Below, piece after piece: positions 25,787 to 32,386 of a stretch of DNA of 32,386 nt (position 1 is its first letter; each line of letters begins with the position of its first letter). The DNA is from Candidatus Latescibacterota bacterium (GTDB taxonomy: Bacteria > Latescibacterota > 4484-107 > B68-G9), in NCBI GenBank assembly GCA_003645885.1, contig QNCW01000003.1, positions 1-32,386 on the forward strand. Reading direction: 5' to 3'. Position numbers and translations under genes: made by a program. The notes below the pieces were generated by a model. That model saw nothing but the letters and a program-made list of their open reading frames with translations. It was not told where the DNA came from and searched no databases.

Positions 25787-26694
25787 CCCTCCTCCGCCAC
25801 TACCGGGTTCCTCAGGACGCCTATCCTCTCGACCTCTGCCTCGACCAAGTCGCCGGGCTTGAGGTACTCACCCCTCGCATCCCCCACGCCCGAAGGGGTT
25901 CCGGTGGCTATTATGTCCCCGGGCTCTAAGGTCATTATCCTGGATACGAAGGCGACTATCTCCGGCACCGAGAATATCATGAGCCTCGTGTTGGAGTCCT
26001 GTTTGGTCTCCCCGTTCACCCTGAGGGTGAGCCTGAGGTCGTGTGGGTCCCCTATCTCTTCCTTAGTGACCACCACGGGGCCGGTGGGTGCGAAGCCGTC
26101 GAACCACTTCCCGTTGAGCCAGTCGAAGAACGGGTCCTTCTCCCTGGGCTTGGTCCTGGGGCCTGGGTCGAACTTCCTCTCGGATACATCGTTGACCACG
26201 GTGTACCCGAATATATACTCGTAAGCCTCCTCAGGCCTTATGTACTTGCCCCTCCTGCCGATCACCACCCCGAGCTCCACCTCCCAGTCTATTGCCCTGC
26301 CTATCTTAGGTATAACGATGGGGTCCCCGGGCCCGGATATCGTGGTCGAGGGGGGCTTCATGAAGACGTAGGGGCCTACCTTCTCCTCCTCCTCCGGCGT
26401 CCGGGTCCAGTTGCTCTCTGCTATGTGCTCCCTGTAGTTCAAGGCCAGGGCCAGGAACTTGTTGGGCCTGGGCACGGGAGGCCCGAGGGGAACCTCGGAG
26501 AGGGGCTCCCAAAGCTCCTCCCCGGCCCGGTCCACGACCTCCCCTAACTTCACCAGGTCCCGATCCATCAACGCCACGATGTCCGTGGGAAGCTCCACCC
26601 CGAGCGCCTCCCCTGCCTTTGCGAGGTCGAGTACCTTATCCCCCCTCACAACTCCCAGCCTGTATCCATCTCTCCTTATGCTCGCCAAGCGCAT
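25783..26694 (-). CDS. Fumarylacetoacetate hydrolase family protein
   Basis: [55 protein letters not shown]. Start ATG at 26694 with SD GGGGGAG. Confidence 0.92.
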   Translation of the reverse strand: MRLASIRRDGYRLGVVRGDKVLDLAKAGEALGVELPTDIVALMDRDLVKLGEVVDRAGEELWEPLSEVPLGPPVPRPNKFLALALNYREHIAESNWTRTPEEEEKVGPYVFMKPPSTTISGPGDPIVIPKIGRAIDWEVELGVVIGRRGKYIRPEEAYEYIFGYTVVNDVSERKFDPGPRTKPREKDPFFDWLNGKWFDGFAPTGPVVVTKEEIGDPHDLRLTLRVNGETKQDSNTRLMIFSVPEIVAFVSRIMTLEPGDIIATGTPSGVGDARGEYLKPGDLVEAEVERIGVLRNPVVAEEG

Positions 26695-26704
26695 GTCTCC
26701 CCCC

Positions 26705-26732
26705 AAACAAAAAGGGGCTCGAAGCCCCTTTT
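26705..26732 (-). terminator. Intrinsic terminator-like hairpin after clpX
   Basis: Minus strand AAAAGGGGCT-tcg-AGCCCCTTTTTGTTT. Confidence 0.75.
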
Positions 26733-27978
26733 ATGCCCTCTTCCTGGTCGGAGCTTTGAAGACATATTCCGGCTCCGCCTTCCTCTCTATCACTTCCTCG
26801 GTTATTATGCACTCCTTCACGCCCTTCATGGATGGGGCCTTGTACATTATGTCCAACATAGCATTCTCCATTATAGCCCTCAAGCCCCTGGCCCCGGTCC
26901 CCCTCCTCCTTGCAAGCTGCACCACCTTTCGCAGGGCCTCGTCCGTGAACTTCAGCTTTATGCCCTCCATCTCGAAGTACTTCTGATACTGCTTGACCAA
27001 GGCGTTCTTGGGCTTGACGAGTATCTCCATGAGGGCACCTTCGTCGAGGTCGTCCAGGGCGCACACCACGGGCAACCTCCCCACCAGTTCCGGTATGAGG
27101 CCGTACTCTATGAGGTCCTCGGGCTCGACGTGGGAAAGTATCTCCCCTATTCCCTTGTCCCCCTTCCTGTAAACTTGGGCACCGAACCCTATGACCTTCT
27201 TGTTTATGCGCCTTTCTACTATCTTCTCCAGCCCTCCGAAAGCTCCCCCACATATGAACAATATGTTCTTGGTGTTTATCTGCACCAGGGGCTGCTCCGG
27301 ATGTTTCCTTCCTCCCTTGGGCGGCACGTTGGATATCGTCCCCTCCAGTATCTTCAGGAGGGCCTGTTGGACCCCCTCCCCCGACACGTCCCTCGTGATG
27401 GAGGGGTTGGCCCCGGTCTTGCGGGCTATCTTATCTATCTCGTCTATGTAGACGATCCCCACCTCTGCCCTCGCCACATCGTAGTCCGCAGCTTGAAGCA
27501 GCCTCACGAGGATGTTCTCCACGTCCTCGCCCACGTACCCCGCCTCGGTGAGGACCGTGGCGTCGGCTATGGAGAAGGGGACATGCAGGAGCTTGGCGAG
27601 GGTCTGGGCCAGGAGGGTCTTCCCGGTGCCCGTGGGACCTATCAGGAGTATGTTGCTCTTCTCTAACTCCACATCCCCATCTTCCTGGGGGGAAAGTATC
27701 CTCTTGTAGTGGTTGTAAACGGCGACGGCTAAGGCCTTCTTAGCCCTCTCCTGGCCTATCACGTATTCGTCCAGGCCCGCCTTTATGTCCTCCGGCCTGG
27801 GAAGCGAGTCGAGGCTGAGCCCCGGAGGCGTCTGGGTTTCCTCGGCCAATATCTCGCTGCACATCCTCACGCAGTCCGAGCATATGTTCACGCCCGGACC
27901 CTGGATGAGCCTGGGGACCTGTTCCTGGGTCCTTCCGCAGAAGGAACACCTCAGCCCCGGCAGCCTTCGTGCCATCAT
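26731..27978 (-). CDS. clpX: ATP-dependent Clp protease ATP-binding subunit ClpX
   Basis: CSFCG...CSDC zinc finger, [48 protein letters not shown] loop. Confidence 0.98.
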   Translation of the reverse strand: MMARRLPGLRCSFCGRTQEQVPRLIQGPGVNICSDCVRMCSEILAEETQTPPGLSLDSLPRPEDIKAGLDEYVIGQERAKKALAVAVYNHYKRILSPQEDGDVELEKSNILLIGPTGTGKTLLAQTLAKLLHVPFSIADATVLTEAGYVGEDVENILVRLLQAADYDVARAEVGIVYIDEIDKIARKTGANPSITRDVSGEGVQQALLKILEGTISNVPPKGGRKHPEQPLVQINTKNILFICGGAFGGLEKIVERRINKKVIGFGAQVYRKGDKGIGEILSHVEPEDLIEYGLIPELVGRLPVVCALDDLDEGALMEILVKPKNALVKQYQKYFEMEGIKLKFTDEALRKVVQLARRRGTGARGLRAIMENAMLDIMYKAPSMKGVKECIITEEVIERKAEPEYVFKAPTRKRA

Positions 27979-28577
27979 GTTTCCTTTCTAAGCTTTCGGT
28001 AGCTCATTATCTCGTCCACTATGCCGTAATCCTTGGCTTCCTGAGCGCCCATTATGAAGTCCCTGTCGGTGTCCCGCTCTATGCGCTCCAAGGGCTGGCC
28101 TGTGTGCTCGGAGAGGATCCTGTTTATCCTGTCCCTGAGCTGGACTATCTCCCTTGCGTGTATCTGTATGTCTGCGGCAGGTCCCTGGATCCCGTAGGCC
28201 CAGGGCTGGTGGATGACCACCCTGGAGTTGGGCAGTGCGTAGCGCTTGCCCTTCGCCCCGCCGGCCAGGAGCACGGCTGCCATGCTCGATGCCTGGCCTA
28301 TGCATATCGTGCTCACATCGGGCTCTATGTATTGCATCGTATCGTATATTGCCAGGCCGGCGGATATGCTGCCTCCCGGGGAGTTTATGTAGAGGTAGAC
28401 GTCCTTCTCCGGGTCCTCTGAAGCCAGGAACAGCATCTGGGCTATGATGAGGTTCGCTACGGTATCGTCTATGGGATAGCCCAGGACTATTATCCTGTCC
28501 CTCAGAAGCCTCGAGAAGATGTCGTATGCCCTCTCCCCCCTTCCCGTCTGTTCTATTACTATCGGCACCAAGCTCAT
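27975..28577 (-). CDS. clpP: ATP-dependent Clp protease proteolytic subunit
   Basis: [30 protein letters not shown] (catalytic Ser), IHQP, DTDRD. Confidence 0.98.
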   Translation of the reverse strand: MSLVPIVIEQTGRGERAYDIFSRLLRDRIIVLGYPIDDTVANLIIAQMLFLASEDPEKDVYLYINSPGGSISAGLAIYDTMQYIEPDVSTICIGQASSMAAVLLAGGAKGKRYALPNSRVVIHQPWAYGIQGPAADIQIHAREIVQLRDRINRILSEHTGQPLERIERDTDRDFIMGAQEAKDYGIVDEIMSYRKLRKET

Positions 28578-28592
28578 ATCTTCTCCTTCGTG

Positions 28593-29867
28593 TTAAGCAG
28601 GAACCAAGATCGGTGTGTGGTCCGGGCCGACCGGAAGCTCCTCTATCTGGGCCTTGGACTCCAAGAACTCCCAGACCTTCTCCTCGATGACCTCGTCCCT
28701 TATCCTCTCCCATCGGCCGTCCTCTTTGTACTCCCTTTCGAGCTTCTCGAAGGGCTTTCCTTCCGACCTGGCCATCATGCGGACGATGTCCTCCACCTCA
28801 TCATCGGAGGCCGATATCCCCTCCTGTTCTGCTATGGACCTTAAGATCCACTTGGCCTTTATCTCCCGCAGTATCCGGGCCCTGTGCTCTCGCCTCGCAT
28901 CTTCGTCCACCTCCTCCCCCCGCCTGCGCATGTCCTCTAAGAGAGCCTCCATGTAGCGGTCCACCAGATGGTCGGGGACGGGGACGTCGTTCTTGTCCAA
29001 AAGTTGGTTCATAAGTTCCGTCCTGAGCTCCCTGGTGGAGAGTTCGTCCAACTTCCTCTGCAGGTATTCCCTTACGGCGGAGCGCATGTCCTCCAAGTCC
29101 TCGTACCCTTCGTCCCTTGCGAAATCGTCGTCCAGCTCGGGAAGGGTCTTCTCGTACACCTCCTTCACCGAGACCCTGTACCCCAACGTGACGGGGTTGC
29201 CCGATCTGTCCCGTCGCTCCAGGAAAACCTGGCGCTCCTCCCCCCTCCTGGCCCCCACGAGCTGCTCGTCGAAGTCCTCCCCGACGCCGGACCTTCCCAG
29301 CTCTATCAGGACCCCTTCCTGTCTGTGGCCCACTATCGGCAGCCCCGAGGCGTCGGTGCGCTGCACGTCCATCCTAACCAGGTCCCCGAACCTGGCCTCC
29401 CTGGCCACGGTCCTGACCTGGGCGTGGCGTTCCCTCATCTCATCTATCCACCTGTCGACGTGCTCCTCCGATACCCTAAAGAGTCTCCTCGTGGCCCTGA
29501 GGCCGGAGTAGTTCACCTCGAGCTTCGGCTGCACGTCCACCGTGGCGGTGAAGCGGAACCTTTCGCCCGGCTTGTAGTCGACCCGCTGCAGCTTGGCCTG
29601 GGAGAGAGGTTCTATCCCGAGCTGTTCCCTGGCCTCCTTGTAGAACCTCTGGATGAGGCGGTTGAACACCTCCTCCTGTATGGCCTGGCCGAAGCGGGCC
29701 TTTATGAGGGAGAGGGGGGCCTTACCCTTCCGGAACCCGGGAAGTTGGGCGTCCTTCTGATACTCCCTGTAGGCCCTCTCAAGCTCCCTCTCGACCTCCT
29801 CCACAGGAGCTTCTACCTCTATCTCCCGCCGGATGGAGTCTATCTCCCTTACGTGCGCAGTTACCAT
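28593..29867 (-). CDS. tig: Trigger factor
   Basis: [10 protein letters not shown] signature, LPELDDDFA; ATG at 29867 with SD GGAGGT. The track's longer start runs into the tRNA. Confidence 0.95.
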   Translation of the reverse strand: MVTAHVREIDSIRREIEVEAPVEEVERELERAYREYQKDAQLPGFRKGKAPLSLIKARFGQAIQEEVFNRLIQRFYKEAREQLGIEPLSQAKLQRVDYKPGERFRFTATVDVQPKLEVNYSGLRATRRLFRVSEEHVDRWIDEMRERHAQVRTVAREARFGDLVRMDVQRTDASGLPIVGHRQEGVLIELGRSGVGEDFDEQLVGARRGEERQVFLERRDRSGNPVTLGYRVSVKEVYEKTLPELDDDFARDEGYEDLEDMRSAVREYLQRKLDELSTRELRTELMNQLLDKNDVPVPDHLVDRYMEALLEDMRRRGEEVDEDARREHRARILREIKAKWILRSIAEQEGISASDDEVEDIVRMMARSEGKPFEKLEREYKEDGRWERIRDEVIEEKVWEFLESKAQIEELPVGPDHTPILVPA

Positions 29868-29885
29868 GACACCTCCACCGATATG

Positions 29886-29967
29886 TGCGAGAGGGGGGAC
29901 TCGAACCCCCACGGGATTGCCCACCAGATCCTAAGTCTGGCGCGTCTGCCAGTTCCGCCACTCTCGC
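29886..29967 (-). tRNA. tRNA-Leu (TAG), CCA not encoded
   Basis: GCGAGAG/CTCTCGC acceptor, D loop GGAACTGGCAGAC, CCAGA-CT-TAG-GA-TCTGG, variable arm GGGCAATCCC, GGGGG-TTCGAGT-CCCCC; followed by A-CAT rather than A-CCA. Confidence 0.95.
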
Positions 29968-29981
29968 ACATTGCGATCTTG

Positions 29982-30010
29982 AAAATAGCACATTATCCTT
30001 CCTTTGTCAA
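29982..30010 (-). promoter_or_regulatory. Sigma70 promoter for tRNA-Leu-tig-clpP-clpX
   Basis: TTGACA-N17-TATTTT with TGn extension; the -35 box overlaps the ispF stop codon. Confidence 0.7.
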
Positions 30011-30537
30011 TACCCAGAAGTTACCGGCCTGCGACCGTCCCCCCCCACCTCCTCGGGTTCCTCCTCCTCTATCATGACCACGGCATAAGCCGCCATACCC
30101 TCGCCGGTCCCGGTGAAGCCCATCCCCTCGGTGGTCGTGGCCTTGACGGACACCCTCTCCGGAGGGATGCCCATGGCCTTGGAGAGGATGGCCCTCATCT
30201 GAAGGATGTAAGGGGCGAGCTTGGGCCTCTGGGCTACTACGGTGGCATCCACGTTCACTATCCGGACCTTCCTCTTCCTCCTGCAGTATTCGACCAGGGT
30301 GTAAAGGAGGCCGAGGCTGGACACCCCTTTAAAGGCCGGGTCGTCGTCCGGAAACATCTGACCTATATCTCCCAGACCCGCGGCACCCAATATGGCGTCC
30401 ATTATGGCGTGGCAGAGGACGTCGGCGTCGGAATGTCCCTCAAGTCCCTTTTCGAAAGGGACCTCCATCCCTCCCAATATCAGCTTCCTCCCCTTCACGA
30501 GCCTGTGGGCGTCGTATCCAACTCCTACCCTGAACAT
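30007..30537 (-). CDS. ispF: 2-C-methyl-D-erythritol 2,4-cyclodiphosphate synthase
   Basis: RVGVGYDAH, GHSDADVLCHA, GDIGQMFP, VKATTTEGMG. Confidence 0.97.
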   Translation of the reverse strand: MFRVGVGYDAHRLVKGRKLILGGMEVPFEKGLEGHSDADVLCHAIMDAILGAAGLGDIGQMFPDDDPAFKGVSSLGLLYTLVEYCRRKRKVRIVNVDATVVAQRPKLAPYILQMRAILSKAMGIPPERVSVKATTTEGMGFTGTGEGMAAYAVVMIEEEEPEEVGGDGRRPVTSGY

Positions 30538-31214
30538 CGTCCCTCCATGAGCAGTTCCGCCAGGCGTAGGTCCTCCTGGGTGGTTATCTTTATGTTCCCG
30601 TAATCCCCCCTCACCACCCGGACTTCGTACCCCATCATCTCCACGAGCGAGGCCTCGTCCGTGGCGCAGAGGCCCTCTTCGAAAGCCCTCTCGAACGCCT
30701 CCCAGAGCACCTTCCTCAGGAAGGTCTGCGGGGTCTGGGCGGCCCAGAGGAGGTCCCTCGGGAGGGTCTTTCGCACCACCTCCCCCTCCACGAGCTTTAC
30801 GGTGTCCTTGACAGGGACGGCCGCCAGGACGGCACCGTGTTTCCTGCAGATCTCCACCGTCTCGGATATGAGTTCGGGCCGGACCAAGGGCCTCACCCCG
30901 TCGTGTACGACCACTATATCCGCCCCCTCGGTCAGCTTCAACCCCTCGTAGACTGAATCCTGACGTCGCCTTCCTCCCGGCACTATCTCCCTAACCTTAG
31001 AAAGCCCGTAGGGTTCGACCACCTCCCGAGCGCAGAAGTTCTCGTATCCCTCCGGCACGACCACCACCACCCCTTCCACGTCCGGGCAAGTTTGGAAGGC
31101 CGATAGGGTATGGGAAAGCACGGGCCTGTCCTTCAGGAGCACGAACTGTTTTGGGAGGTCCCCTCCCATCCTCTCCCCCATCCCAGCAGCCGGTATTATG
31201 GCCATAACCTTCAT
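30525..31214 (-). CDS. ispD: 2-C-methyl-D-erythritol 4-phosphate cytidylyltransferase
   Basis: IPAAGMGERM, PKQF, GGRRRQDSV, VHDGVRP, QTPQTF, TDEAS, NIKITT. Confidence 0.97.
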   Translation of the reverse strand: MKVMAIIPAAGMGERMGGDLPKQFVLLKDRPVLSHTLSAFQTCPDVEGVVVVVPEGYENFCAREVVEPYGLSKVREIVPGGRRRQDSVYEGLKLTEGADIVVVHDGVRPLVRPELISETVEICRKHGAVLAAVPVKDTVKLVEGEVVRKTLPRDLLWAAQTPQTFLRKVLWEAFERAFEEGLCATDEASLVEMMGYEVRVVRGDYGNIKITTQEDLRLAELLMEGRCSG

Positions 31215-32224
31215 AGTATCAACATAGCGTCGCCGTAGCTGTAGAACCTGTAACCCAAGCGAACCGCTTCCCCGTAGGCTTCGAGGACCCTCTCCCTTCC
31301 CGCAAAAGCCGCCACCAACATCAGAAGGGTCGAGCGTGGCAGGTGGAAGTTGGTTATGAGCACGTCCACTGCCTTGAACCTGTAAGGGGGATATATGAAA
31401 AGTTCCGTGAGACCCCTTCCGGGGCGCACCCTTCCCTCCTCGTCCGCCACCGTCTCCAGCACCCTCACGGAGGTCGTCCCGACGGCGACTACCCTACCTC
31501 CCCTTACTCTGGCCTCGTTTATGGCGTCCGCAGCCTCTCCCGTGATCTCGTAATACTCCGGCTCCATCCTGTGCTCGGATACCTCCCCCTCGACGGGCCT
31601 GAAGGTTCCGGGGCCCACGTGGAGCACAACGGGGACTATCCTCACCCCCTCCTCCCTCAGCTTCCCCAGAAGCTCCTCCGTAAAGTGTAGTCCGGCCGTG
31701 GGAGCCGCCACCGAGCCCTCCACCTTAGCGTAGACGGTCTGGTACCTCTCCTCGTCCTCGGGGACGGGGGGCCTCCTTATGTAGGGTGGGAGGGGGACCT
31801 GGCCGAGCCTCCTTAAGGCCCCCAGGTCGCCGGAGAACTTCACCACCCTCTTACCGTCCTCAGTCCTTTCGACCACCTCTCCTGTAACCCCCTCCCCGAA
31901 GTACAACTTCTCGCCCGGCCTCACCCTCCTCCCTGGCCTTGCCAGGGCCTCCCAGAGGTCCCCTTCCAGTCGGCGCAGGAGTAAAAGCTCCACCTTGCCC
32001 CCCGAGGACCTCCTCCCCAAGAGCCTCGCAGGGAATACCTTGGACTCGTTCACCACGAGCACGTCCCCTTCCCTGAGGTACCTGGGGAGCTCGTAGAACC
32101 TCCTGTGCTCCAAGGTGCCGGAGCCCCTGTGCAACACCATGAGCCTTGCGTGGTCCCTGGGCTCCACGGGATGCTGGGCTATGAGGCCCTTAGGGAGCTG
32201 GTAGTCGAAGTCGTCGGCCCTCAT
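31211..32224 (-). CDS. queA: S-adenosylmethionine:tRNA ribosyltransferase-isomerase
   Basis: DFDYQLP, IAQHP, PLPPYI, YQTVYA, GSVAAPTAGLHF, LHVGPGTFRPV, TNFHLPRSTL, YRFYSYGDAMLI. Confidence 0.98.
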   Translation of the reverse strand: MRADDFDYQLPKGLIAQHPVEPRDHARLMVLHRGSGTLEHRRFYELPRYLREGDVLVVNESKVFPARLLGRRSSGGKVELLLLRRLEGDLWEALARPGRRVRPGEKLYFGEGVTGEVVERTEDGKRVVKFSGDLGALRRLGQVPLPPYIRRPPVPEDEERYQTVYAKVEGSVAAPTAGLHFTEELLGKLREEGVRIVPVVLHVGPGTFRPVEGEVSEHRMEPEYYEITGEAADAINEARVRGGRVVAVGTTSVRVLETVADEEGRVRPGRGLTELFIYPPYRFKAVDVLITNFHLPRSTLLMLVAAFAGRERVLEAYGEAVRLGYRFYSYGDAMLIL

Positions 32225-32386
32225 GCTCGGCGGATGGAATTCACGCCATCTCGGTCAGGTACATAAATGAGGGGGGAGCACAATTCATGTTGTCTCATGT
32301 AAGGACTGCCATCATGTGGGAGATGCTGTGCAAGGGCATCCCCCAGATGCTGTTGACGATCATAGCCAGCTGTGCCAGCAAAGTGC

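Noticed and set aside
32221-32386. Terminal 166 bp: an open minus frame ending in an ATGA overlap with queA, a plus frame from 32287 (MLSHVR...LLTIIASCASKV), and a CKDCH motif in a third frame
   Set aside because: Too short and truncated to choose among the frames. None resembles a family I recognise, and the CxxCH frame has no start codon. Flanking sequence is needed.

Overview
High-GC (about 60% by eye) bacterial chromosomal segment with thermophile-like codon usage (heavy AGG-Arg, ATA-Ile). Protein features (NYPNPFN-type C-terminal domain, ...WGxVK tails, FCB-type sigma54 activator) suggest an FCB-group lineage such as Latescibacterota; this is inference. Most of the window is housekeeping: gltA/nfnB-like oxidoreductase, DUF58, fhs, hrcA, a TPR-Crp-CNNM-CNNM-sigma54 activator-era operon, tRNA-Asp, a UROD-family enzyme, tldD/pmbA, acpS, a flippase-like membrane protein, UDP-GlcA decarboxylase, FAA hydrolase, and queA-ispD-ispF-tRNA-Leu-tig-clpP-clpX. 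The most unusual part is the first 4.7 kb, a minus-strand cluster of three predicted exported proteins. (1) A 209-aa two-repeat protein lies behind a perfect sigma54 promoter with a pair of dyad sites upstream. (2) A 349-aa protein fuses a Cys-rich N-terminal domain, through an internal signal/TM segment, to an exported Ca-binding/CxxC domain. (3) A >864-aa DUF3160 protein, missing from the ORF track, carries a T9SS/FlgD-like C-terminal domain. Proteins 1 and 2 share a short terminal motif, (A/S)-(V/A)-(E/D)-P-x-(S/T)-W-G-x-V-K-x(2-3)-R, which looks like a C-terminal sorting signal. No mobile elements, CRISPR arrays or rRNA were seen.
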